Assembly (NCBI RefSeq): GCF_009914755.1
Contig: NC_060948.1
Length of the DNA: 64,000 nucleotides
Reading direction: 5' to 3' (one strand)
Source: the human T2T-CHM13v2.0 reference genome, Homo sapiens
Shown: positions 16,036-36,248 of the stretch, piece after piece
Layout: every line of letters starts with the position of its first letter
How positions within the stretch are numbered: the first letter of the stretch is position 1
Program-made: the position numbers and the translations under genes
The notes under the pieces: generated by a model
Told to the model about the DNA's origin: nothing
Database searches by the model: none
The model's input: only the letters and a program-made list of their open reading frames with translations

Positions 16036-16485
16036 TCATCCATGAGAACTTAAAACCTGCTGGGACGGCATAACTCTGTGGTGTCTTTAGAGCTCAGCTT
16101 TGTTTGTCCCTGAGCATTCTTGGTTTTCTGACACCGTGAACCTGTTTAATGTTGTGAGAGATCACTTGAGCCAATGTTACTTAATACCATCTCTTTGTGA
16201 CTTTGAATAAGGTAATTGTAATGTACCAATATTTTACTTTGTCAAGTATTATCTTAATGGAAGCCTTCCCAATGAAGGAAACAACAGCTTTCCCAGTTAG
16301 AACGTAAGCAGTTTAAAAACTACCCAAGTCTTTCTGAAAAGGAAACATTCCCATGTAACTATCAGTTTTCTAAGAACTTCAAGGGCCTTTCATATAGAAG
16401 ACATTCAAGTTCGGGGGTTCATTAGACAATGGTTCTACTTATTAAGTTCAAATCCTCTAAATGATTTTTCAGTAAGTTTATCTTC

Positions 16486-16788
16486 TTTTTTTTTTTTTTT
16501 TTTTTTTTGACAGAATCTCACTCTGTCACCCAGGCTGCAGTGCAATGGTGTGATCTCGGTTCACTGCAACTTCCACCTCTCTGATTCAAGAGATTCTCCC
16601 ATCTCCGCCTCCTGAGTAGCTGGGACTACAGGTGTGCACCATGACTCCATGCACACTTTTGTATTTTCAGTAGAGATAGGGTTTCATCATGTTGGCCAGG
16701 CTGGTCTCAAACTCCTGACCTCAGGTGATCTGCTCGACTCAGCCACCCAAAGTGCTGGGATTACAGACATGAGCCACAGAACCTGACC
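16486..16788 (-). mobile_element. AluS
   Basis: Poly(T) plus full Alu body. Degenerate TSD TAAGTTT(A/G)TCTT. Confidence 0.92.
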
Positions 16789-17298
16789 ATGATAAGTTTG
16801 TCTTACCTGGCAAATACATCACATCTTCAAAGTAGCAAATTGTACAATTTCTTATATATATTTTACATAGTAAGCAAACGCAATCACTTTTATATAGTGG
16901 TTTGGGATATAAAATTTGCTTTACTGAGCATATGAGAATCCAAGGTTTCAAATTAAATTATTTATACATAGAGATGATCATGTTTTTCTAAAGAAAATAT
17001 TGTAAATGAGCATGTTTTTATAAATATGTGCTTTGAATTGCTAAAATTTATACAAATTTTACAATGTATACAAAAATAAATACATCAAAGTACTGTATTT
17101 ACAAAGATACACATATTTTCCAGTGGCAACGCCCCAGTGGTGATTACATTTGGAATAGAAGCTATCTCATGAATCAAATATACAGATTTATCCCAGTGAG
17201 TTCTGAGCAAGATGATATTTTCCTATTTCTCTTATAGTAATGTTGGCACCATATGAACCACTTGGGCCTGACCATAACTTTCCGTGATAATCCACTAT

Positions 17299-17815
17299 GA
17301 TGGGGCTCCCCAGTCCCTACACCATAGACTCCTGCCAGTCTGTGGCCTGTTAGGAACTGGACCACTAAGTGGGAAATGAGCAGAGGGCAAGTGAGCAAAG
17401 CTTCACCTGTATTTACAGCTGTTCCCAATCACTCACATTACCACCTGCACTCAGCCTCCTGTCAGATGAACGACTGCATTAGATTCTCATAGGAACATGA
17501 AGCCTATTGTTACCTGCAAATATGAGGGAGCTAGGTTGTGCACTACTTATGAGAATCCAATGCCTAATAATCTGTCACTGTCTCCTATCACCCCCAGATG
17601 GGACTGACTAGATGCAGGAAAACTAGCTCAGGGCTGCCACTGATTCTACATTATGGTAAGTTGTATATTTATTTTATTATATATTACAATGTAATTACAA
17701 ATGTAATGTGCTTGAATTAACCTGAAACCATCCCTCACCCCTACCACCCCTCGTTCATGGAAAAATTGTTTTCCATGAAATCAGTCCCTGTTGCCAAAAA
17801 ATGTGGGGGCTGCTA
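17299..17815. mobile_element. MER1A (hAT-Charlie) DNA transposon
   Basis: GTGGCCTGTTAGGAACTGG, GCATTAGATTCTCATAGGA, GGAAAACTAGCTCAGGGCT, CATGGAAAAATTGTTTTCCATGAAATCAGTCCCTG; ~515 bp. Confidence 0.85.
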
Positions 17816-17896
17816 CTCTTTGGGTACTCTCTGCTTGTTGCCACTGAAAATCCAGATAAGAGATCAGAGGAAGAGGCCCTAATGAATGAATTGTGA

Positions 17897-20217
17897 TATA
17901 TTACTCCATTCTCATTCTGCTAATAAAGACATACTTGAGAAATTTATAAAGGAAAGAGGTTTAATTGATCAGTTTAGCATGGCTGCAGAGGCCTCAGGAA
18001 ACTTACGATTATGGCAGAAGGAGAAGCAAACACATCCATCTTCACATGGCAGCAGGAAGGAGAAGTGCAGTGCAAAGGTGGGGAAAAGCCCACTGTAAAA
18101 CCATCACATCTCATGAAAACTCACTCACTATCATGAGAACAGCAGGGGCATATCTGCCCCCATGATTCAATTACCTCCCACCAGGCCCCTCCCACAACAT
18201 GGGGATTATGGGAACTACAATTCAAGATGAGATTTGGGTGGGAACACATCATTCTGCCCCTGGCACCTGACAAGTGTCATGTCCTTTCATTTCAAAACAC
18301 AATCATGTCTTCCCAAAAGTCCTCCAAAGTCTTAACTAATTCCGGCATTAATTCAGAACTCCAAGTCCAAAGCCTCATATCAGACAAGACAAAGTCCTTC
18401 TGCCTATAAGCCCGTAATATTACTTTCTACATAAAATGGGGATACAGGGATTGGATAAATATACCCATTTCAAATGGGAGAAATTAGCCAAAATAAAGAG
18501 GCTACAGGCCCCATGCAAGTCCAAAATTCAGTAGGGCAGTAATTAAATCTTAAAATTCCAAAATAATCTCCTTTGACTCCATTGTCTCACATCTGGGTCA
18601 CACCAATGCAAGATATCGGCTTCCATGATATTGAGCAGCTCCACCCTTGTGACTTTGCAGGGTACAGCCCCTGTCTTGGCTGCTTTCATACACTGGTGTG
18701 GAATGTCTATGGCTTTTCCAGGTGCATGGTGCAAGCTGCTAGTGGATGTACCATTCTGAGGTCTGGAGGATGGTTGCCTCTTTTCACAGCTCTACTAGGC
18801 AGTGTTCCAATGGGGACTCTGTTTGGGGGCTCCCACCCCACATTTCCCTTATGCACGACCCTAGCAGAGGTTCTCCATGAGGGCTCTGCTACTGCATCAC
18901 ACCTCTGCCTGGATATCCAGGGCTTTTCATACATCTTCTGAAATCTAGGTGGAGGTTCTGAAACCTCAATTCTTGCATTCTATTCACCTGCAGGACTGAC
19001 ACCACATGGAGGCTTGAGACTTACACCCTCTGAAGCCATGGCCCAAGCTGTACTTTTGCTCCTTTTTACCACAGTTGAAACAGCACAAGTTGGAACAAAG
19101 CACCAAGTCCAGAGGCAGCACAAAGCAGTGGGAAAAGCATTTTTTTCCTCCTATACCTCCAGACCTGTGATGGGAAGACTACCATCAAGGTTGCTGAGAT
19201 GGCCTGGAGACATTTTCACCATTGGCTCCTCATTAATTTTGCAAATTTCATCAATGAGTTTGAATTTCTTCCCAGAAAATGGTTTTCTTTCTTTTCTACT
19301 GCATCATCAGGCTTCAAATTTTCTAAACTTTTATGCTCTGTTACTTCTCGAATACTTTGCTGCTTAGAAATTTCTTCTGCCAGATACCCTTAAATTTTCT
19401 CTCTTAATTTCAAAGTTCCAAAGATCTCTAGGGCAGGGGCAGAAAGCTGCCAGTCTCCTTGCTAAAGTACAGCAAGAGTCACCTTTACTCAAGTTCCCAA
19501 CAAATTCTTCATCTCCATCTGAGACCACCTCAGCCTGAATATTATTGTCCATATTACTATCAGCATTTTGGTCAAAGCCATTCAGCAAGTCGCTAGGAGG
19601 CTCTAAACTTTCTCACATCTTCCTGTCTTCCAAACCCTCCAATTCTCTAGGCAGTTCCAAAGTTTCCCACATCTTCTTGTTTCCTTAGCCCTCCAAGTCT
19701 CTAGGAAGTTCCAAGGCTATCCCACATTTTTCTGTCTTCTTCTGAGCCCTGAAAACTGTTCCAACCTCTGCTTCTTACCCACTTCCAAAGTCACTTCCAT
19801 ATTTTTGGGTACCTTTACAGCAGCACCCCACTACCAGCTACTAATTTATTGTATTATTCAGTTCTCATGCTGATAATAAAGACATACCCAAGACAGGGTA
19901 ATTTATAAAGGAAAGAAGTTTAATAGACTCACAGTTCCTTAAGGATGGGGAGGCTTCAGGAATCTTATGATCATGGCAGAATGGGAAGCAAACATGTCCT
20001 TCACATGGCAGCAACAAGGAGAAGTGCAGAGCAAAGGTAGGACAAAGCACCTTATAAAAACATAGATCTTGTGAGAACTCACTATAATGTGAGCAACGTG
20101 GAGATAAACACTCTCATAATTCAATTATTCCCACTGGGTCTCTTTCATGACATGTGGGAATTATGGGGACTACAATTCAATATGAGATTTGGATGGGGAC
20201 ACAGCAAAAACATATCA
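17897..20217 (-). mobile_element. THE1 (THE1C-like) MaLR element: LTR-internal-LTR
   Basis: LTRs at ~17897-18251 and 19850-20217 (AATAAAGACATAC...CAATTCAAGATGAGATTTGGG). The ~1.6 kb internal region encodes degenerate MaLR ORF pieces (LNGFDQNADSNMDNNIQAEVVSDGDEE). Confidence 0.9.
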
Positions 20218-20400
20218 CCATAAGAGGGCATAAGACAGCCTGGTTCCCTGTGTCACCACCAGGAGCAGCTCCAGAGAGTTGCCTGCTCAACAGGTGGCTG
20301 TAACCTGAATGAGAACTAAACTGTTTTTAAATATGAGGAACTGAGATTTGGAGGTTGTTAAGTATAACATCAGCAGGAGATAATTACCTTGACTAATACA
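20218..20400 (+). mobile_element. Old MLT1-like LTR remnant flanking the THE1
   Basis: CTGAGATTTGGAGGTTGTT...TGACTAATACA is an MaLR LTR terminus. Confidence 0.5.
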
Positions 20401-20866
20401 AGAGGTCAGCCATACTAGATAAACCTAACATTTTATGATAATTCTTTGGATTTCAAAAAGATGCTTTGATTTACTGGTACTCTTTAAATGGAAGTTATGT
20501 GCATTATCTTTAAAGGCTATCAGCTATGTGAAAGTGATAATTGAATAAAATTAAAGATAAAAATATAGTGGAGTCTACTACCAATTGACCATGGCCCTGA
20601 ATTGATTGTAAGTGATTCTGCTATTCCAGTATAAATGAGCGGAGAGGCAGAGTTGATTAATTTCCACAACAAATGTAATTATTACTTAAATGTTGAGGTT
20701 CTTTTTGAAACATTTCATTTTGCTTCACTGGATTCTATGAGAATAATAGATTTCAAAATATATTACACTTATTGGGGAATGATGTTATTTTTAGTGGCAG
20801 TTGCAACTTTAAAATTTTTCAATGAATATATATATTACATATTTCATAGTATTATAAATACATACA

Positions 20867-21193
<327 letters not shown>

Positions 21194-23513
21194 CCAGTGG
21201 ATATATTTTTTGTAATGTATTATTGAATTCCCTATAAACTTTGTCACGTTGAAATACTTTTTAAAATACTTCCCGTGCCTACATAGTAGTTCAGTAAATG
21301 CAATATTTTAGTTTCGTTAATGACATCTTGGTCTTAGGAAAAGATGAAACAATGACATAATATTTTAAGCCAAGCTATTTCTGCAATCTTTGAAATAATA
21401 CCATTGAACTTGTGTTTAATATTTCCAATTAGTTCATGTGATTCTTGCATTTTGTGCTTTTTCTTCATGTGAATTAATAATTCCAATAATTAATTGGAAT
21501 TATTTCCAATTAATTTATGTGATTCTTGCATTTTCTTTCAAAGTCAGATGGTTAACTATGTCATTAATGCAAAGTGTAGGCTCTGTGTTGAAATCTGAAG
21601 ACACTCTGCAGCAAGGTTTGCACATACTCTTGTCTACTGCCTCAGGCTGATGTGTGTGAAAGTCAGAAGTTCTATAGGAAGAAGCTGGAAAAATTCAAAG
21701 CTTGAAATAATTCAGGAAAGGGCACTGGTGGCATTTTATCTACAAGGGCAGTGCATCTGGTCTGTAACTGCTAAGAGAAAGCCGGATCAAACAGTCCATC
21801 CATTAGAGCTTGTATCAAGGTGAGCTGTTCACATTGTTACATCAGGGGCAGAGACAAAGAGAGCTCTGTAGCATATCCCATTGCACTGAAGGGGAGTAGA
21901 GGGCAGCATCTTGGGGCCACATGCAGGTGCTACAGGTGGGGATGTGGGATGGTGTTTGGTAAGTTACATGGATCCCAGACATGATTCTAAGTGCTTTAAT
22001 ATATACATCTATTTAATCTTCACTGCACATCTGCCAGATAGCTGTTATTATTTTCCTGTTACACATGAGGACCCAGGCAAAAAACTACATAAATTGCTTT
22101 ATGGTTTGATTTATGGAATGATCTTTTGGTTAATATCAAAAGAAATGGATAGATTCATGACCTTCATATATGACTGTGAATGCTATGTACTGCACAACTC
22201 CAGAGGCAGCATTAACATAATCCACAGTGGGAAGAACATTTTCTAAATTTGTGCAGTGCACAACCTGTGTCACCATATGTATCAATATCCATTAGATAAT
22301 CTTGTTGCAAAAATAGATGCCTATGTAAGTTGGACACAACTGACTACCATAGTTTGTATAGCAAAGGACACAGGAGTATGCTGTGTAAAACCCATGGATA
22401 AGTCTGTGAGTTAGTATATCAACATAAGACATTCTGAGTGGAAAAAGCAATCCAAGTGTACTGCTCATTAAAATAGAGCTCATATTAACAAAGAGTTGAT
22501 ATATTACATTAAGAAAAAATGCACAAGATTTTGTTGGTTTACTTTTCTCTGGGCATTACCATGCTGTCTGCTAAAGATTTCCAGCTCACTCTGCTGCTCA
22601 GGCACATGATAGGGCTGAACTCTGGCCTTTAGTGAACAGTAAGGAGAGATGTCACAGTCTATTTCAGAGCTACGACATCTGTTGCCAGCACTTTCTTAAA
22701 ATCCCACACAGAGGCTGGTCCCTCAGGGTGGTCTCTGAATTAAGATGACACCAAACAGAGTTCCAGATAACTCAAGAGGAATACACAGTGTGAGCAAGAA
22801 AGAAAGCTTTGTTTCTGAAGCCACTGAAACTTGGATATTGTCCATGTAGTCTAGATACATTCATCCTGAGCAACTTAGGTTACCATCCTGTTTCTGCAAA
22901 GGAATGAGTTTCGTTTTGCAAAATATTTCATTTCCTATTTTTATCCCTTAGGGAGTTTATAGCTAAGGAATGCTGGGATATTTTGGACCATGAAATATCT
23001 GAGGCTTAAACTGACTTAGAAAGATAATTTAGACAGAAGAAAGGAAAAATGAGGATGGCTTCCAGCCAGGTAAAAACAAAACCAAATGAAACTAATGTTG
23101 AGATTCACTGTATCTTCAAAAGTATACACATTTACTAACTTTTACAGAGTGAATATTAGGGAAGTTGATGGCACTTCATTTGGTAACATATTAAGCCACA
23201 TGAAAATTTAATGATTGTACAACTTCAAATCCCTTTGTTTTAACAAGTATAGCAAGACCTGCCTTTTAATGTCACTTATGTGTTTAAAATGTTTAATCCT
23301 ACTTAATTGTATGTTAATTATTTGACAATTCTTTTAAAGTAAAAAGACTACCTAGTAGTAACAATAATATTCATGTGCATGCTACTTATTAGTGCTTTGA
23401 ATACAACTAAATGGTCTTTTGACCCTTTCTTGTTTAAATTGTTTGCCTTTTTTAATCTCAATCATGCTAAGTGAATTCTGCTGTTTAAAAATTATATAGT
23501 GCTATTATCTTTC

Positions 23514-23768
23514 TTTTTTTATTATATTTTAAGTTTTAGTGTACATGTGCACAATGTGCAGGTTAGTTATGTATGTATACATGTGCCATGTTATTGTGCT
23601 GCACCCATTAGCTCATCATTTAACATTAGGTATATCTCCTAATGCTATCCCTCCCCCCTCCCCCCACCCCACAACAGGCCTCAGTGTGTGATGCTCCCCT
23701 TCCTGTGTCCATGTGTTCTCATTCTTCAATTCCTACCTATGAGTGAGAACATGCGGTGTTTGTTTTTT
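23514..23768 (-). mobile_element. Severely 5'-truncated L1PA (L1PA4/5-like) 3'UTR insertion
   Basis: L1 3'UTR with G-rich tract. 19-bp TSD TATAGTGCTATTAT(C/T)TTTC at 23495-23513 and 23769-23787. Confidence 0.92.
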
Positions 23769-25418
23769 TATAGTGCTATTATTTTTCAAGACAATGTTTT
23801 AAGGGTAATTTATGTAAGCAAAAATATTTAAAATTGTATTGTATTATTCCATCACACCAAGACAATGTTAAAGCATTTCCAGGGCTATAATGGTTTCTTT
23901 CATGTAGAGTTCATTAAATTCAACAATGATGACCCTTAGAAGAGAGCTACCAACCCCAAATGAGACAAGGACTTCGGTGTAAATATGGGAGAAGGGAATG
24001 GCAAGGCAAGAGAAAGGTGAGTAGGAGACATAGAGGCAAACCTTAGTTATCCCATGTCTGTTTACGGTGCAGTTTTCTTAAAGGTGTGAAATAGAGGGCG
24101 AGAGAACCAACATGCTATCAGTCTCAGGGTGACAGTTACCCTGTAATAGTCTATCTTCAATTATCTTAGATAGTGCTTGAATGATTCCATTCTAATGACT
24201 ATTTAATCTCCAGGGCAGAGAAAAGAACCAGAATTTCATATCCTCACCCCTCACTGTCTTGTATGTCTAAAATATGCAGCGGTCTAATGTCACCTAATCA
24301 CTTACCATGGCATGAAAAAATACATATTTCTCTGCAGAAGATCATTTCAGTGCTTCCCTGCTCCACAGAAGCTTTCTAAGAATAAGATAAATCCCTTTTG
24401 GAGATGCAGACATTTATTCTAGGAAATGACAGTGCTCTTGAATTATCTTTCAATGGGATCTGGCAAGAGAAAGGTGAGTAGGAGACATAGAGGCAAGACA
24501 TAGCTGTCCCTAAAAGCTAAATGGCTTGATTTCCTTTCTAGAATTTAATGGCAATGACAAATCTATTTTTTGCTTCAGCCCAGGCAGCTATGTTAATGGG
24601 TACTCTGTGAGTGACAAAGACACTTAGCACTACCCATCCATTTTCAAACCTTTAGTAAGCAGCCTGGAGTTAGATCTGTCCACTTTCCTTCTGTTGTACA
24701 TCAAGACTAACCTCAATGGCTAAGCTTCCAATCTCACCCTTTTGCATTATAACTGTAGAAAAATGCATACAATGGAAGAAAAAAGATTACACTCTGTGAA
24801 TTCACATTGCCCTACATCTCCAACTTTGACGATTAAGATTCAACACAAAATAATTCAGTTCTGGGGGATCTGGCAAGATGGACAAATAGGAACAGCTCCA
24901 GTCTGCAGCTCCCAGTGAGATCAATGAAGAAGGTGGGTTATTTCCACAATTCCAACTGAGGTACTTGGTTCATCTCACTGGGACTGGTTACACAGTGGAT
25001 GCAGCCCATGGAGGGTGAGCAGAAGCAGGATGGGGTGTCGCCTCTCCCAGGAAGTGCAAGGAGTGTGGGGAACTCCCTTTCCCAGCAATGGGAAGCCATG
25101 AGGGACTGTGCTATCCAGCCCAGATTCTAAGCTTTTCCCATGGTTTTTACAACCAGAAGATCACGAGAGTCCCTCGTGTGCCTACATCACCAGGGCCCTT
25201 GGTTTGAAGAACGAAACTAGGTGCGTTTGGACGCACACCAAGCTAGCTACAGGAGTTTTTTTCCATACACCAGTGGCATCTGCAACCCCAGCAAGACAGA
25301 ACAATTCACTCCACTGGAAAGAGGACTGAAACCGAAGAACCAAGTGGTCTTGTTCAGCAGATCCCACTCCCACAGAGCCCAGCAAGCTAAGAACCACTGG
25401 CTTGAAATTCTTGCTACT

Positions 25419-31565
<6,147 letters not shown>

Positions 31566-33649
31566 TTGCAACCAGCACAACAGTCTGAAGTCCAGATGGG
31601 ACTATCATGCTTCGTGCAGGGAGGGGTATCCACCACTACTTAGGATTCAGTAGGTGGTTTTTCCCTCATAGTGTTAAGGAAGGTGCAAGAAAGTTCAGCC
31701 TGGGTGGAACTCACTGCAGCACAGCAAAGTGGCTATGGCCGGAGTGCCTCTCTAGATTTCTCCTCACTAGGTGGGACATCTCTGGAAAAAATGCAGCAGC
31801 CCCAGTCAGGTGCTTATAGATAAAATCCTATCTCCTTGGGACAGAGAATCTGGAGGAAGGTGTGACTGTGGGCACATCTTCAGCAAACTTAAAAGGTTGA
31901 TGCCTGCAGGCTCTGAAGAGAGTAGCAGATCTACCTGCACAGCACTTGAGTTCTACTGAGGGACAAAGTGCCTCTTCAAGTTGGTCCCTGACCCCCGTGC
32001 CTCCTGACTGGGAGACATCTCACAGGGGAAGTCAACAGACACCTTATACAGGAGAGCTCTGGCTGGCATCTGATGGATGCCCCTTTGGGGTGAAGAGTCC
32101 AGAGGAAGGAGCAGGCAGCAATCTTTGTTGTTCTACAGCCTCTGCTGGTGATACCCATGCAAACGGGGTTTGGAGTGGACCTCCAGCAGACTTGCAGAAG
32201 AGGGACCTGACTGTTATAAAGAAAACTAAAATTCAAAGCAATCACAACAACATCAAGAGAAAGGACGTCCCCACAAAAACCACATCCAAAGGTCATCAGC
32301 ATCAAATATCAGAGGTGGCTAAATCCATGAAGATGAGGAAAAACCAGTGCAAAGTGCTGAAAATTCTAAAAACCAGAATGCCTCTTCTGCAAATGATCAC
32401 AACCCCTCTTCAGCAATGGCACAAAACTGCATGGAGAATGAGCTTCAGGGATTGACAGAAGTTGGCTTCAGATGTTGGATAATGATAAACTCTGCTGTAC
32501 TAAAGGAGCATGTTCTAACCCAATGAAAGGAAACTAAGAACCTTGATAAAAGGTTAAAGGAACTGCTAACTAAAACAGCCAGTTTAGAGAAGAACATAAA
32601 TTACCTGATGAAGCTGAAAAACACACAATGAGAACTTCATGAACCATACACAAGTATCAATAACTGAATCAATCAAGTGGAAGAAAGGATATCAGAGATT
32701 GAAGATCAACTTAATGAAACAAAGGGTGAAGACATGTTTAGAGAAAAAACAAAGAAATATGAGACTATGGTAAAGACCAAACCTACAATTGATTGGTGTA
32801 CCTGAAAGTGACCAGGAGATTTCCCAAGCTGGAAAACACACTTCAGGATATTATCCAGGAGAACTTCCAAAACCTAGCAGGGAAAACCCAACATTCAAAT
32901 TCAGGAAACACAGAGAACACCACTAAGATGCTTCATGAGAAGAGCAACCCCAAGACATGTAATTGTCAGATTCTCCAAGAATGAAATGAAGGAAAAAAAT
33001 ATTAAGGGCAGCCAGAGAGAAAGGTCAGGTTACCATAAAGAGAAGCCCATCAGAATAACTGTGAATTTCTCTGCAGGAACCCTACAAGCCAGAAAAGAGT
33101 AGGGGCCAATATTCAGCATTCTTAAAGAAAACAATTTTCAACCCAAAATTTCATATCCAGCCAAATTAAGCCTCATAAGTGAAGGAGAAACAAAATCCTT
33201 TCTAGACAAGCAAATGCTGAGGGATTTTTTCACCACCAGGCCTACCTTACAAGAGCTCCTGAAGGAACCACCAAATATGGAAAGGAAAAACCAGTACCAG
33301 CCACTGCAAAAACATACCGAAATATAAACAGCAAAGACACTATGAAGAAACTGCAACAACTAATGTCCGAAATCTAAACAGCAATGACACTATGAAGAAA
33401 TAGCATCAACTAATGTCCAAAATAATCAGCTAGCATCATGATGACAGGATCAAATTCACACATAACAATATTAACCTTAAATGTCAATGGGCTAAATGCC
33501 CCAATTAAAAGACACATACTGGCAACTTTTTTTTAAAAAAGTCGAGATGAATTGGTGTTCTGTAATTTGGAGACCCATCTCATCTGGAAAGATGTAGATA
33601 GGCTCAAAATAAAGGGATGCAAGAGTATTTACCAAGAAAATGGAAAGGC

Positions 33650-33680
<31 letters not shown>

Positions 33681-35076
33681 GACGTTGCAAACCTCATCTC
33701 TGATAAAACAGAGTTTAAAGTAAAAAGATCGAAAAAGACAAAGAAGGGCATCACATAATGGTGAAGAGATCGATGCACCAAGAAGAGCTAACTATTCTAA
33801 ATATATATGCATGCAATACAGGAGCACCCAAATTCATAAAACAAGTTTTTAGAGACCTACAAAGAGACTTAGACTCCCATATAATAATAGCGGAAGACTT
33901 TAACACCCCATTGTCAATATTAGACAGATCAAAGAGACAGAAAATTAACAAGGATATTCAGGACTTGCATTCAGTTCTGACCTAGTGGACCTAATAGACA
34001 TTTACAGAACTCTCCACGCGAAATGAACAGAATATACATTCTTCTTAGTACCATATCGCACTTATTCTAAAATCAACCACATAATAGGAAGTAAAACATT
34101 CTTTGGCAAATTCAGAATGCAAAGCATAACAAATAGTGACTCAAACCACATAACTGAAGCAGATAGAGACCAAAAATCCCTTAAAAAGATCAATGAATCC
34201 AGAAGCTGGTTTTTTGAAAAGATGAACTAAATAGATAGAATGCTAGCTAGACTAATAAAAAAGAAAAGAGGGAAGAGTCAAATATACACACTAAAAAATG
34301 ATGAAGGGATATCACTACTTATCTCCCAGAAATACAAACTACCATCAGATTGTACTATAAACACCTCCATGCAAATGAACTAGAAAATCTGGAAGACATT
34401 GATGAATTTCTGTACACATACACCCTCCCAGGAAGAAGTGGAATCCCTGAATAGACCCATAACAAGTTCTGAAATTGAGACAGCAATTAATAGCTTACCA
34501 ACCAAAAAAAGACCAGGTCCAGAAGAATTCAGTCCAATTCTACCAGAGGTTCAAAGAGGAATAGGTACCTTTTCTTCTGAAACCATTCCAAGCGATAGAA
34601 AAAAAAAAAGGGAATACTCCCTAACTCATATTATGAGGCCAGTGTCATTCTGTTACCAAAATCTGGCAGAGATACAACAAAAAAAGAAATTTTCTGGCCA
34701 ATGTCCCTGATGAATATTGATGCAAAAATCCTCAATAAAATACTGGCAAACTTAATCTAGCAGCACATCAAAAAGTTTATCCACCACAATCAATTTGGCT
34801 TCATCCCGGGGATGCAAGCCTGGTTCAACATCTACAAATCAAAAAATGTAATCAATTACATAAATTGAACCAATGACAAAAATCACATGACTATTTCAAT
34901 AGATGCAGAAAAGGCCTTCAATAAAATTCAACAGCTCCTCATGCTAAAAACACTCAGTAAACTAGGAATTGAGGGAAGATATCTCAATATAATGGGAGCT
35001 ATTCATGACAAACTCATATTCAATAGCACACAGAATAGACAAAAGCTGGAAGCATTCCTTTTGAAAACAGGTACAT

Positions 35077-36183
35077 ATAAAACCATAACAACCCTAGAAG
35101 AAAACCTGGGCAATACCATTCAGGACATAGGCATGGGCAAGGACTTCATGTCTAAAACACCAAAAGCCAAAATTAACAAATGGCATCTAATTAAACTAAG
35201 GAGTTTCTGCACAGCAAAATAAACTACCATCAGAGTGAACAGACAACCTATGGAATGGGAGAAAATTTTTGCAATCTACTCTTCTGACAAAGGGCTAATA
35301 TCCAGAGTCTACAAAGAACTCAAACAAATTTACGAGAAAAAAACAAACAACCCTATCAACAAGTGGGCAAAGTATATGAACAAACATTTCTCAAAAGAAG
35401 ACATTTATGCAGCCAACAGACACATGAAAAAAATGCTCATCATTGCTCGCCATCAGAGAAATGCAAATCAAAACTGCAATGAGATATCATCTCACACCAG
35501 TTAGAATGACGATCATTAAAAGTCAGGAAACAGCAGGTGCTGGAGAGGATGTGGAGAAGTAGGAACACTTTTACGTTGTTCGTAGGACTAGGCAAACTAG
35601 TTCAACAATTGTGGAAGACAGTGTGGTGATTCCTCAAGGATCTATAACTAGAAATACCATTTGGCTCAGCCATCCCATTACTGGGTATATATCCAAAGAA
35701 TTATAAATCATGCTGCTATAAAGGCACACATACACGTATATTTATTGTGGCACTATTCACAGTAGTAAAGACTTGGAACCAACCCAAGTGTCCATCAATG
35801 ATAGACTGGATTAAGAAAATGTGGCACATATACACCATGGAATACTATGCAGCCATAAAAAAGGATGAATTCATGTCCATTGTAGGGACATGGATGAAGC
35901 TGGAAACCGTCATTCTCAGCAAACTATAGCAAGAACAAAAAACCAAACACCACATGTTCTCACTCATAGGTGGGAATTAAACAGTGAGAACACTTGGACA
36001 CAGGAAGGGGAACCTCACACACTGGAGCCTTTTGTGGGGTGGGAGAAGGGGGGAGAGAAAGCATTAGGAGATACACCTAATGTAAATGACAAGTTAATGG
36101 GTGCAGCACACCAACTTGGCCCATGTATACATATGTAACAAACCTGCACGTTGTGCACATGTACCATAGAACTTGAAGTATAA

Positions 36184-36222
<39 letters not shown>

Positions 36223-36248
36223 AATTGAAAATCAAGAATTAAAAAAAA
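35077..36248 (+). mobile_element. 5'-truncated ~1.17 kb L1PA5-like element nested in ORF2 of the outer L1
   Basis: ORF2 jumps from LKTG to the C-terminal region. TSD GAAAACAGGTA(C/T)AT at 35063-35076 and 36249-36262, TT/GAAA endonuclease site, (TAAA)n tail. Confidence 0.92.

Noticed and set aside
15644-16951. Two paralogous small proteins (MKPWIL...)
   Set aside because: They are by-products of the 122-bp inverted duplication, with non-ATG starts, and they run into LTR/Alu sequence.
17753-17779. Inverted repeat TTCATGGAAAA...TTTTCCATGAA
   Set aside because: It is an intrinsic subterminal feature of MER1.
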